Positions 39,061 to 52,969 are shown, counted from the first letter of the whole stretch. The stretch is 63,386 nt of DNA, filler included, from Octopus bimaculoides (GCF_001194135.2; 7 parts of 7 records of this genome joined end to end with filler, not necessarily neighbours in it); one strand, 5' to 3'. Numbers and translations: made by a program. The notes: generated by a model not told the origin, from the letters alone.

Positions 39061-39999
39061 TATGAGATATGTTATTGCCGAGGTATTGTATTGTAATCAC
39101 TGGCCGCCGACAACCCAGATATTCCGCCTTAGATATTCCCAGTGGTCGAAAACCAGTGACGTGCTTGAAACTCAGTGTACCAAAAGGTTTGAATGAAACT
39201 GTTTTAATCCATACATGTAACTCCCAATAAATGTGTTGATGTGTATCCACTCGTGTGTGTATATATATATTAGTGTATGAAGTATACACAGAGACAGAGA
39301 GAAAATCACCATGCTAAAAATGGCAGTCATAGCCCAAAATCACGAAAAGACATTCTTATGTTAAAGCACGTTGTACGCGACATGGTTTTCTCTTCGTGTA
39401 TATTTTATACACTATTATACTTAAAAATATTAAAGTTTTCTGACTTTTATTACACATGCCAGTTACTGAACTGATATAAATTATTTAATAATTTCCACCC
39501 TTGTACATATGTATATACATATATATATATAAGTACATATATNNNNNNNNNNNNNNNNNNNNNNNNNNNNNNNNNNNNNNNNNNNNNNNNNNNNNNNNNN
39601 NNNNNNNNNNNNNNNNNNNNNNNNNNNNNNNNNNNNNNNNNNNNNNNNNNNNNNNNNNNNNNNNNNNNNNNNNNNNNNNNNNNNNNNNNNATATATATAT
39701 CCATACTTTTGGTATTTGCATCTGCAGATGTCACATACACGTGTATAGTGTAGTTGCAACAGCATTCTTGAGTGGGGAATAAGCTTTAGACTGAGGCTTG
39801 GTGGTGTGAAAAGATGGAGGCGTAGAGAAGTATCATACATAGATGTCTTCATGCGTGCGCGAGTTTAGATGTGTGTGCGTGTTTTGAAGTGTGTGCTCAT
39901 AAATGAGTGTCCATGTGCTTTTGCGTGCGCACATCAGATTTATGGGGGCGAATATAGGGGTTTACAAGTGGATGTATAAGGTGACGAGGTCTGTGAGAT

Positions 40000-40380
40000 G
40001 CATAGGCATTATTGGTTAGAAACCCTGTTCTTGACTGTGGGGCAAAAGGCTTTGAGGAGTAGCCAATGTAATGGCGGTATACCTGGGTTTTCGGCAGCCA
40101 AATGTATGAAGTTCATCCGGAGGGCTTATCTCTCATGACAACAATAAGATTTTAATTTCCTGGTTTCAGACACTGCACGCTTATGGAGATTGTGTAAACT
40201 TTCCTGGAAGCAAAGTAGGCAATTGCGTGTGATGATGGTATATTTGATTTTGTGAGGATTTCGTTCCTCTTGTCGAGGAGTTTCCAGAGGAAACCAAGCA
40301 GGTAGAACCTTCACTATACTTTCATCTAAGCCAGTGCATATGCCCTACGTACCTTCCCTTGAAATGATTGACTGTCATGC
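40000..40380 (-). mobile_element. Possible decayed Naiad-type GIY-YIG remnant
   Basis: YVG, FLWKLLDK, IKYTII, RNCLLCFQE...KSYCCHE across frames. Confidence 0.35.
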
Positions 40381-40439
40381 TCGTGTTGTGCATTATTATG
40401 GCATCGGATGACTCTGGAGACTAGAGTCTATCAAGGACT

Positions 40440-41700
<1,261 letters not shown>

Positions 41701-42074
41701 AAATTAGCATATTTCTCGGGGGTGGGGTGCATGCGTGCGTTTATGTATGTGTGTCTGTGTGTAAGTTAGTTTGTTTACATTTGTATACGTAACCATACAA
41801 TGTTCAAAATTACATTAACGGTATACACACAGAGACATTTTACCACAAACGTCTACGTGTTCTCCCCTCCTCTCTCTCTCTCTCTTCCTTTCTCTCTCTC
41901 TCTCTCTTCCTTTCTCTCTATCTCTCTCTTCCTTTCTCTCTCTCTCTCTCTCTCGCCTGAAACAGAAAGAGATCATGAAAAGAAATTTCACCGCCTTCGC
42001 AAAATTCTTCATTCATAAATATTTACAAACATCACTGTATCGTAAATATTTATAATTACCTTCTGTTTATATTT

Positions 42075-42155
42075 AGCTTTCTTTAAAGAGACAATATTAT
42101 CAAGCTTTCTTTAAAGAGACAATATTATCAAGCTTTCTTTCAATAGACAATATTT
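42075..42155 (+). repeat. 28-bp minisatellite, about three copies
   Basis: agctttctttaaagagacaatattatca repeated head to tail with no spacers. Confidence 0.8.
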
Positions 42156-42771
42156 TAATTTTATGACTTAAAAATTACTACTTAATTACTTATTTTATAT
42201 TCTATGAACTTCGCAATTCTTTAAGAGAAATCTTCCAGAATAGTCAAATATGCATATAGATACAGGAAAATTAATTTTGAGGTGCAGGAATCTTATTAAC
42301 TTATCTTATATATTTTTAATGTTTGCCAGAAAAAAAATCAGCGTTCATCGAATAAAAAAAGAGAATGCTGTTGTTAGAAGAGAGAGAGAGACAGACAAAG
42401 AGACAGACAAACAGAGAGAAAGAGACACAGAGAGAGAGAGAAAGAAAGAGACAGAGAGAGTGAAAAGAGAGATGGAGTGAAAAGACAGAGAGAGAGATTG
42501 AGTGAAAAAAGAGAGAGAGAAAAAAACTGAGAGTAAGAGTGGGAGAGAGTGTGTGTGCGTATGTAGATAGAGAGACAAAGAGAATGAGAGTGAGAGAGAG
42601 AGGGCGAGAGTCGCTGTTTGATACCACTCCCTCTCTCATTGTTATTATTTTATCTCCTTTATTACCCTTACTCATTCTGCTGTTACCATATAACGTGGTT
42701 TTGGACAAACTTACAAACAAGCTCATTATTACTACAAATGTATGAGTGTTTGTATCAATGTATGCATGTGC

Positions 42772-42821
<50 letters not shown>

Positions 42822-42824
<3 letters not shown>

Positions 42825-43141
42825 GTAGGCAATTTCCGGGAAAACAGCTCATGATTTTACGAGCCATGAGCATATAAGTCGTTGGACTAGCTGCAATGAC
42901 GTAGTGGAGCATATAACTCTCATATCGCCGGTGTTAAAGAATCTTAGAGTCATGGACAGTCGGCATAACGCACCCTCAATTCTATTTGAGAGTATTGGAC
43001 ATGGATGTTTCGCCATCTTTATGACTTATCAATACCACCTAGCCACCTGTGTTGAAGGCCAGTCAGCTAGCCAGTCCAACGACTTATATGCTGATGCCTT
43101 GTAAAATCATAAACTGGTATTACTCGGGAATTGCATATCTA
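42822..43141. mobile_element. MITE-like element with about 65-bp imperfect TIRs in (TA)n
   Basis: Left gcaatttccggg...cagctcatgattttacgagccatgagcatataagtcgttggactagctg is the inverse of right cagctag...tccaacgacttatatgctgatgccttgtaaaatcat...cgggaattgc. Confidence 0.65.
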
Positions 43142-43364
43142 ATATATATATATTTATATAAATAAGGATAAGATCGATATTTAAAATATTGATCTTATCA
43201 AGTGGTCAGCATGGGAATAAAAGCCATCAAAGGTAATAATTATTTAAATAAACAAGTAAAAATAAAGATAATTCCAAATTCGTGCATATATATATGTATG
43301 TATACGTCCGTATATGTAAGTATACTGTTTATATGCATGTATTTGTATTTATGTACTGGAGTAT

Positions 43365-43426
43365 ATTCCACTGATGAAGGCAGAGCATTATTATTTATGC
43401 AAAGCCAGAAATCCAGGATTTGGAAT
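43365..43426 (+). ncRNA. Type I hammerhead ribozyme-like motif
   Basis: ATTCCA-CTGATGA-A-GGC...GCAT/ATGC...GCC-A-GAAATCC-A-GGAT-T-TGGAAT: 6-bp stem I, intact cores, near-palindromic stem III. Confidence 0.6.
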
Positions 43427-44032
43427 TATCTTTATTTTTACTGGTTTATTTGGTCTTCGTCTTCGCTAATCGTGCCATGCGGACATTTATTGTGGTTTTA
43501 GAGTCAGGATTTGACTGCTATTTTTTCAGCGTGGTGGTATCTCTTGATACCCTGTATTATAATTTTAAATAATTNNNNNNNNNNNNNNNNNNNNNNNNNN
43601 NNNNNNNNNNNNNNNNNNNNNNNNNNNNNNNNNNNNNNNNNNNNNNNNNNNNNNNNNNNNNNNNNNNNNNNNNNNNNNNNNNNNNNNNNNNNNNNNNNNN
43701 NNNNNNNNNNNNNNNNNNNNNNNNNNNNNNNNNNNNNNNNNNNNNNNNNNNNNNNNNNNNNNNNNNNNNNNNNNNNNNNNNNNNNNNNNNNNNNNNNNNN
43801 NNNNNNNNNNNNNNNNNNNNNNNNNNNNNNNNNNNNNNNNNNNNNNNNNNNNNNNNNNNNNNNNNNNNNNNNNNNATATATATATATATATATATATAAC
43901 ACTTCGGGAGAACAATGTATCGAAGCAAAAGAAGGTATACATATTAATGTGTAAATATATTTAATGCAATTTGTAATTTTCTTAACTGTGCTCTTATATA
44001 TTTTGACTCAATTTATGTACTCTGTCTTGCAG

Positions 44033-44113
44033 AGAGAAGAATAGCACATGCAATATACACACATTGGGGCAGGAGGTCCTGTAGTGCAAAGTTTTCGTCT
44101 ACAATTTACTCAG
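44033..44113 (+). CDS. Exon of short-chain collagen C4-like secreted protein (RRIAHAIYTHWGRRSCSAKFSSTIYSG)
   Basis: Acceptor tctgtcttgcag, donor G|gtataa, 81-bp phase 1-1 exon; YTHWGRRSC matches the family Y.RWGR..C motif and splices in frame to 44594. Confidence 0.85.
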
Positions 44114-44306
44114 GTATAAATTATCATATATCAATTTATGTTTTTTTTTTCATATTCAAATACCTTACATATTCATTTACAACTTGTTAATGTTATCAGG
44201 AATGATAAAATCGATCACATATTATATCTGTCATCATTATATTAAAAACATGATAGTGTTACGATTTTAAATGATTAATTCTAAATATTTTGCAAATTGC
44301 ATATAT

Positions 44307-44507
44307 TACGTGAACATTGGGGGGTGCTGAAAATAAACTACGAAAGGAACAGTTAATTGTTCAATATATTCACCTCTCAGATTCACTGACTTATTGCAGC
44401 AGCCCTTCAGTTTTTATAAGCCCTGTGAAAGAACTCGAAATGTTGTGTCTCCGACTGCGCTTTTCGCGATAACCTTAAAGCCAGGAACTTTTCAGCACCC
44501 CTACGTA
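44307..44507. mobile_element. Intronic mariner-type MITE; related copy near 32905-33055
   Basis: ggggtgctgaaaa (to 44333) and ttttcagcacccc (44489-44501); shared body ctctcagattcac...ttattgcag.ag.cc. Confidence 0.45.
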
Positions 44508-44593
44508 TGTTAGGATTTGTTTTTAATAACATTTCTCTATGGTTTGTTTCTTTTAATGATTCCTCCTCTTATTTCTTCTTACTGATCTTCTAG

Positions 44594-45129
44594 GCGTCGC
44601 TGCAGGAAGTCTCTATAGTGACACAGGTGGTGCAAGTAATATTCTTTGTCTACCTATGGACCCTCAATGGAGCAATTTCACGGGAAATGTAGAAACAGCA
44701 TCAACCATATATGGAAGTGAATACGAGGTGTCAGACTACAAAAACAATCCTAAATTCGGTCTCTTCTTGGAGACAAATGCTCGCTCGTTACAAGATCATA
44801 ACATTCCTTGTACTGTGTGCGAAACAAATGGGATGGCAGTTGTAATGATGCTTCCAGGTAGAAATGAATGTTATACTGGTTGGTACCTAGAATATTCTGG
44901 TTACCTGATGACATCTCACTGGAAACATAATGGTAGAACTTCATATTTGTGCATCGACAAAGAACCTGAAGCTGACAGATGTGGTTACCGAGACGAAAAT
45001 GGAGCTCTTTTTTATCATGTACAGGCACAATGTGGTTCACTTCCGTGCCCACCATATAGGAATAACGCGGAATTAACATGCTCAGTGTGTAGTAAATATG
45101 GAAAGAGTGACAGAGGGGAACTTTCTTGA
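44594..45129 (+). CDS. Terminal exon of short-chain collagen C4-like protein
   Basis: Acceptor ttcttactgatcttctag; intact frame GGASNILCLPMDP, YGSEYE, IPCTVC, PGRNECYTGWYLEYSGYLM, CIDKEPE, NGALFYHVQAQCGSLPCPPY, ELTCSVCSK; stop TGA at 45127-45129. Confidence 0.92.
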
Positions 45130-45346
45130 ACGCCTTCGTCAATACAAGTTTGAATCCATAGCATCTTACAATTAAGGAAGACGATAGATATTACACGCCA
45201 CGTTAGACGCATGAACGCGATTTTTTGCATTTAATAATTTTTGGAATATATAAATGTTTAAGTGATTTTTTATTGAACACAGATTTATTACATCAATTAA
45301 AGAAATGAATAATATACTAATGAAGAAAATCGCTGGACTTTTAGGA

Positions 45347-45352
45347 AATAAA
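45347..45352 (+). promoter_or_regulatory. Candidate polyadenylation signal
   Basis: AATAAA about 220 nt after the stop, followed by a GT/T-rich tract. Confidence 0.45.
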
Positions 45353-45421
45353 AAAGAAACTCAATTAGAAACTTGATAAACTGAAATACAAAATGTTGTT
45401 ATTTCTGCTGCACCTTGTGTA

Positions 45422-45454
<33 letters not shown>

Positions 45455-45914
45455 GTTAATTCTCTAAATGAAGTATTAACAGTAACTGCACGATAAAGTG
45501 TAGTATATTGCCACTTAAGTGTGGCTGACCCCTAGGGGTGGATGTTACTGTTGCTTTTAGCCCCAGGAGGACATCTCCTCCAGCTGGCTTATCGACACAC
45601 GACTGTGTCCTGTTTGCCAAGGGAGTTATCCCTCTCACCTCGACCAGCAGCACGAACGTATCCGGATTTCAGGGTTATTTCCCTTCGTCGGCGTTCGACA
45701 GCTGATGACCTTGGTGAGAGAGACAAANNNNNNNNNNNNNNNNNNNNNNNNNNNNNNNNNNNNNNNNNNNNTTAATTAATTAANNNNNNNNNNNNNNNNN
45801 NNNNNNNNNNNNNNNNNNNNNNNNNNNACATACATACAAAGATACACATACATATCATTTGGAGCGAAAAAGTATTTGAAAATTTTCCAAATAAAATTAG
45901 GCACTAAATATTGA

Positions 45915-46325
45915 TTTCAAATTCTGGCACAAGGCAAGCAATTTCGGGGAAGAAGTAAATCGATTACATCGACCGCAGTGCTCAAAAAGATGAAAGATAA
46001 AGTCGACCTCGGCGGAATTTGAAATCAGAACATAAAGACGGACGAAATACCGTTGAGCATTTTGTCTGGGGTGTTAACGATTCTGCCAGCTCACCTTACA
46101 CACCCACTAAATATTGGTCTTAAATTTTAGCACAAGGCCAGCAATTTCAAGGGATGAAGTAAGTCGATTATATCGATCCCAGTACTCAACTGATACTTAT
46201 TTTATTGACCCCGAAAGGATGAAAGACAAAGTCGACCTCGGTAGTATTTGAACTCAGAACGTAAAGTCGAACGAAATTGTCAAACGAAATTCCACTAAGC
46301 ATTTTGCCCGGCGTGCCACCTCATA
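45915..46325 (-). mobile_element. Tandem tRNA-derived SINEs (third family)
   Basis: Two copies of aaagtcgacctcgg...tttgaa.tcagaac. Confidence 0.75.
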
Positions 46326-46971
46326 CCCACTAAATGTTGGCACAAAATTATGTTGGATTTACAAGTTATACAGTTAATTGATTTAAATTAAATATATCTT
46401 ATTTTTTTGCATATAAATCGACCAGATGTCCCAAGTTTTCAACGTAATAAAACTTTGAAGATATACGAATTTCTAGTTACAGCGAATAACATTTTATCTA
46501 AATGAATCTCTTTAAAAACTCATTTCTAAAGCAACTCGTCCGTTATACTAATTTTTCGCATTTTTGCCTCAAAATAACAGTTACAAAAGAAAACTTTCAT
46601 TTTCAAATTTATTAACTGTACACTTTCATAAACTTGCAATCGCCTGTATAATTAAACTTCTACCATGCGCACAGACAATTGTCACTGAACTTTGAGTCAA
46701 AAATCGATCATATCTTATTCCTCCATTAATTATTGAACACAATTGTACTTAAGCTATTTCTATTTGTTCTTCATTATTTTTATCGATAATTCTACTCCAT
46801 CCATCACATCAATTTCTCCCGCTTTCAATATCTGAGCACGGCTATATATATCAAATGCCTAGATTCTTAATCCCACTGAAAAATATTCATATGGCGAGAC
46901 TTCAAATTCAAATTTAATTCTACATCGCATTTGAGTTATTTATTTAATGCTACATACATATATACATACAT

Positions 46972-47069
<98 letters not shown>

Positions 47070-47769
47070 GATCATCGAGTAGCGATAACTTATAGAACTC
47101 AATACGTAATGATAGGGTATTCTTTAATACTTTATAACTGAAAGGTCATAATTTTCAGTTTGTCGAGTTTCACGTTTTCACTCTTTTAACTGGTTATGTA
47201 AGCATGTTTTCTCATGTATGTATGTATGTATGTATGTATGTATGTGTGTGTGTGTGTGTGAGTATGTGTGTGTGAGTATGTATGTATGTATGTATGTATG
47301 TATGTATGTATGTATGTGAGCGCACATATGTGTGCCTGTGTGTGTGTGATCAGTTCAATTCCGTTACATGACCAAGCGTCTTTTATCATAGATTCAAGAC
47401 CATCCTGGCCTTAAATGTAAAAACTGGGTATAGGGAAACTGTGTGCCCGACGAATGGACGGACATAGAATTCAATAGCCAGCTTCTATCCTGTGGAATTT
47501 TCAGTCTCTTATACTAAAGTAAGGAGTAAGAAGTGCAGTATATGCAGTAGTAACTGGAATATTCATGTTCGGACTCGTTGGACAAAAACACACATTTAAT
47601 GTCATATTTTACGTGTGTGTGTGTGTGTAAACTTTAATGTCTTTCTGCTTGTACGTTTGTATGCATGTCAATGTTCAGTTTTATTTTAAGATTTTATGCC
47701 AATACAGTAAGAGCCAGTTTCTAACCTAGATTCAAGACTCCTTCATTTGTTTCCATATCAACAACAGGG

Positions 47770-48000
47770 TATGCATGCATGCATGTATGTATGTATGTAT
47801 GTATGTATGTATGTATGTATGTATGTATGCATGCATGCATGTATGCATGCATGCATGTATGCATGCATGTATGTATGTATGTATGCATGTATGTATGTAT
47901 GTATGTATGTATGTATGCATGTATGTATGTATGTATGTATGTATGTATGCATGCATGTATGTATGTATGTATGTATGTATGTATGTATGTATGTATGTAT
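47770..48000. repeat. (GTAT)n/(GCAT)n tetranucleotide microsatellite
   Basis: Direct inspection. Confidence 0.95.
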
Positions 48001-50094
48001 GTGTGTGTGCAGATTTGTATGTTTTGCTTTATGTATGTATTCTCATGCATATAATTGCATACCTAGACATGCTTATATATATTTAAATGATAAACTTCTG
48101 CAAAGTTTTACAGATTTTTACAGTTCCAGTAATGGATTGGATCTGCCGTCTTCGAATTAGCTCTTTCGTATGTAAGTGTGTGCGCGCGCGCGCATGTAAA
48201 TATATGTATACATACATACATTGTAACAGAAGTATTTATAAACCGGATCGCATTTTTCATGCAATCTATAATATTGACCACGCACAACTTATCGGACAGT
48301 GACTACCGTGCTGTTTTATTTTGTAGATTATATTTTTTTCTGTATCACCCCTCCTCATCTTCAATCTTCTTCTCCCCTCTACACTCTATTTTAAGAAAGG
48401 CATAGTTATATATGTGTCTGCACATGCACACATGCATGTGCATATGTGCATGCACACAACCCTTTCGCATACATATATCGCATATTCACATGTTTATAAG
48501 CGTTGTGCATTTGAGTATATCGGCATGTATTCTATGCATGCACAGATCTACATCTGCATAAATGTATCTATGCATTAGTCTCTATCTGCCTGGATACACT
48601 GCGTGCATTAGTCTATATGTGCGTGCATGTATGCATATGCAAGCATTTGTGGATGCGTATATGGAGGTGTGCACATGTACGTGTTTTGCAAGTAGGATAT
48701 ATATCTATGAGTGTATGCATGTACAAGTGTGGTTATGTATGTTTATATATGTGCGCTTATGTATGTTTATATATGTGCGCTTATGTATGCAAATAATCCG
48801 TTAACTAAAATAGGACAGCTTCCAGTTTGAAACGGAGTTGCGACTTTTATGGGATGAGAAGGGGATTATGACGTTGTGGGTAGCTCTGTCTGGGGTGGAT
48901 TTCGGCTTGGGTAGGGCTGCGATAAATTGCAAATAGGGGTTGGATGAATGTTGTTGATAGTAATGAATTTGAAGGGGTTTGATGAGGTGTTGTTAGAATG
49001 TTATAGGTAGAGGGTGGGGCAGCGGATACCCTGTTGCTGTGAGGGGTGGCTGAGATGTTGCAGACGAAGTATCGGTGTAGTATTATTAGGCGTATTGCTG
49101 AGGATATTATTAGGGCTGTTGGTGGAATGATGATCCCGAATTTAGCTTCGATCTAGATTTCAAGAGAGGAGGAGATAGTGAGAAAAGAGAGGGAGTGATA
49201 TAAGGAAGACAGAGACTCGGGATAGTAGAGAGATAAATAGAAGTACGAAAAGAAAGAGAGAAAAAATGAGTGAGAGAGCGAAGAAATAATTGAAAGAAAT
49301 ACAGAGAAGGAAGAGAGAGAGAGGGGGAGAAAGGGAAGAAAGGGGAGGAAGAGAGGGGGAGAAAGGGGAGGAAGATAGGGGAGTAATGGGAGGGAGAGAG
49401 AGGGGGACAGTGAAGGATAAAAGAAAACTTAAGAAATGAGTGGCTGCGTGAGAGAGAAAGAGCCAGTTAAGTATAACCCCACAACCCAACACAGAATAAG
49501 AGAGGAGGAATTAAATGAGTGAGAGAGGGGAAGAGAGAGAGAGAGAGAGAGAGAAAGAGATAGTGTGGAGAGGGAAGGAAGGATGGGTGCAGTATGGAGG
49601 TGTGGTGCTAAGAGACAGTGATAGATTGACAGAGATAAATAAAATAAAATATATTCTTGTCTCCCTCAAAAGTATGATGAAACACGTGGATTCCATATGC
49701 TACCATGAAGAATGGGACAGCTACTTCTACATACCGATTCATCTCTATTCTTTACCGCCCCTAACAATACACTTTACCATCACTATTATAGTATGATATA
49801 TATTAGTATACATTACTACTATTTATTATCCAATCAATAATAACTGCTATTAACACAATTAAAAAAAACTACCCTCTCTGTGTTATCAATCAAACTCTAC
49901 AAATTACCATTCTATCTATCTGTCTGCCTGTCATTCTGCTTAACTAGATGTATTTGTCTCTTTCTCAGTATCCCTTACACTCTTAGCGCCCCTCTTCTAT
50001 CCTCTGTCACTCTATAGTCTTGTCATGGTAGTGTAATTGTGCTAAATCTGACTTTGTGCTCTGACATTGTAGCCTATAATCCACTACCTTTCTT

Positions 50095-50379
50095 ATTGTA
50101 ATGTTATTATCAGTCCGAATATGCTTGATGCACGTCCGAACTGTGGAACAAACTCCTCACTGCGTTTTGTCACGGTGAGTATATCTCGCTTGTTGACATG
50201 TTTTATGCGCGCTCGAACTGGAGAACAAGTTACTGCTACTCACAATTCACTACGGAGAATATATCTCGCTTGTTGAGTCAACAAGCGAGATATATTCTCC
50301 GTGACAAAGCGCAATGAGTAGCTTGTTCCCCGATGCGAACGCGCATCGAGCATATTTGGACTGATAATAACATTGCAAT
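50095..50379. repeat. Fold-back element with about 100-bp inverted arms and a 49-bp central palindrome
   Basis: attgtaatgttattatcagtcc... versus ...ggactgataataacattgcaat; 50253-50301 has perfect 24-bp arms with a 1-nt spacer. Confidence 0.85.
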
Positions 50380-50460
50380 TTCACTTATCACTGCTTAGCG
50401 CTCCCCTTCCATAATTTTCTTATTGTATCCTGTAATTGTACTAACTCTGCATTACAGAAG

Positions 50461-50492
<32 letters not shown>

Positions 50493-50493
50493 G

Positions 50494-50524
<31 letters not shown>

Positions 50525-51250
50525 AAAAATGTGTTGGCACTTTTATATTGATTCTGTTATATTCTGTTATGCTAATTCTGTTGTATTGATCTGTTAACAC
50601 CTATTGGTATGAAATCGCTGAACACTCCTACTTATAGATACGCTGTCTTCTCTCTGATTTTTCTACCCTTACCACAGTCACTTCTGCTTCCCCGAGCTGG
50701 CTTAACTCATACCACCCCTACTTAAGCATTCCTTCACACTCGTTTCCACTTCTGCCTCCTCTTCCCTTCACTCATAGTTTGTCCATTCATCTCGAACCCT
50801 CACTAATTGACCCATTCACGTCTTCCTCCTCGGGACGTCATCCTTCTGGAAGTCTGTTTATGCTCATGTTTTTTCCGCAGTCCAACTATTCAAGAGGAAT
50901 ATTCAGAGCATCGAATTTACCAGTTTCAGAGGGCCAGCGCAGGCCATTGCCATAGTCCCTTCCCACACTCTCTAAAGAGAAAGAAAGAAAAGTTGAAACG
51001 TACAGTTGTAGGGTGTTTCAAACTTCACTGGGATAAGATCATTGTAGCTCTCAATGCGGTTATTTAGCCCCAGGTCAACTCTGATCAAGCAGATCTTTGT
51101 TTGAAGACATACCAGCTGTGTCTGCGTTGAACACACTAAGCTTCGCATATCCAAACATGTCCGAAGTTATCAACATAGCCACTAAAGATGAATCTCTCTC
51201 ACCCAGCATATCTCTATTTAATTTCAAGTCAACTGAAATTTAGAGTTCTC

Positions 51251-51922
51251 GGATCTATTTTAAAACGGGGCACCAGTATTTTCTTAACGAAACACTAACG
51301 AAACACTTTGAAACTTGGGACACTGGTAGAATGTGTCATATAAAACATCTTTTACTCTTAGTCTTCTTAACAAAAAAAAGGAATTCGCAAGCTATTCCAT
51401 GTTAAAGTTGTCGTATTTCTGTAATTTCAACCAATCACTGACGTCTATTCAGCTGAATAGAGTTACTGCTGGGCGGTCATAAAAATGTTATTCCCTGTGA
51501 CATATTTCATCCGGTTTAATCGTAATTTATACGCATATATTGTTTATATAATAAATTACGCTGTGCGTATCTATGTGTGTAACAATTTTAGAGTTCGGAT
51601 TCTAGAGTTAGGGTTAGTTTTAGGGTTAGGGTTAGGGTTACGGTTACGGTTAACAGTCTAGTTAGGGTTAGGGTTAGGGTTAGGGGATTAATACGATATA
51701 CACCGTTACAGCGCTAACTGTTTTCAACTGAATAGACGTCAGTGATTAGTAGAAATTATCGAAATAAGACAATTTTTTACATGAAATAAATTCGAATACA
51801 AAATTTTTTTTCTGTTCTATAACACAAAATAGATAAGTATACGAAGTTTGAAAGTCTTTCGGTACCAAAAACACTACATAAAACATAAATGAAAACTGGC
51901 GCCCCCGTTTTAAAATAGATCC
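51251..51922. mobile_element. 672-bp non-autonomous DNA transposon (Merlin-like MITE) with internal TTAGGG repeats
   Basis: TIRs GGATCTATTTTAAAACGGGG / CCCCGTTTTAAAATAGATCC; perfect 8-bp TSD GAGTTCTC at 51243-51250 and 51923-51930. Confidence 0.88.
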
Positions 51923-52559
51923 GAGTTCTCTCCCCAGCCTCTTTTGAGAGTAATATTCATTAGCATTAATACTTTCCTGTCTGAATACGGTTTTAATTAC
52001 GATTAAAAATTATCTACAGCTTGAACTTAACTGATAAAAACACATACATATATGTGTACATGTGCGAGTGGGTATGTGAGTGCGTATTATAGATAAATAT
52101 ATGACATCAGAGGAAGCGAATGGAATATAGAATTATTATGTATTTCAAATATACTACGGTATGGATAACACATAATTGTATGAATTGCATAATATTGTAT
52201 GTTTATACAAACAGTAGTAACATCAATTTGATTTCTCTTTCATTCATTTAAATTATTACTTTATAGTGTTTCACCGCTAAGTTCAGTGGTTAGTTAAGCA
52301 ATGAACAGGTGGATAATTAGTGGGTTGGATGTGATGCTGAAGAAGGAACAATAATTCTTGAAATGTGCATATGCACCCATTACCTATTTTTCTATCTTCG
52401 ATCATTGTTTACATAGACGTATTCGTATAAGAAACGTCGTAACTTTCAGTACTGGCTCTAAATACTATACAAAGTAGGACACAGTTTTGATTTATAAACC
52501 TTTAATATATTTGGTAGCATATTATGGTTTGCAAAATGAAATTTATATTTATTGTCTTC

Positions 52560-52767
52560 TGTGAGATTGATGCAGTAAAACTCAACTACCATTCCTGGAC
52601 ATTCTAATCATCAAAAGAGACAAACATTGTAACAGACACAAACCAACAGATTCTAAACAATACCTGCTATTTTCCGCATGCCATCCCAAACATACTAAGA
52701 CCAATATTGCTTTCTTTTAATTTAGCAAGAAAAAATCTGCACAGTTGTTTCAAACGTTAAAACTCGT
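52560..52767 (+). mobile_element. Penelope (Neptune-like) RT thumb fragment, 5' of the ribozyme insertion
   Basis: LPFLDILIIK...KPTDSKQYLLFSACHPKHTKTNI; rejoins 53133 as VSNVKTRNKRLQELKQILFK. Confidence 0.8.
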
Positions 52768-52925
52768 TCTATATTTAAAAGATGATGAATTATGTACATT
52801 ATTTACATTTGACGGATATCTTGTTTGTTGTTAACACAACGTTTCGGCTGATATACCCTCCAACCTTCATCAGGTGGCTTAGGAAAATTTCGAACTTGGG
52901 TTCTCATTCCTAAGGTAATTTTCGA

Positions 52926-52969
<44 letters not shown>

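Noticed and set aside
42075-42155. 28-bp repeats of CRISPR-like length
   Set aside because: Head-to-tail with no spacers, eukaryotic context, no cas genes.
50388-50600. Poly-His/poly-Gln ORF resembling a transcription factor
   Set aside because: Just adjacent (CTG)n and (GAT)n microsatellites; no domain or splice support.
51608-51686. TTAGGG tract as a chromosome end or fusion scar
   Set aside because: Short, one orientation only, and identical in two TSD-flanked MITE copies, so it is element cargo.
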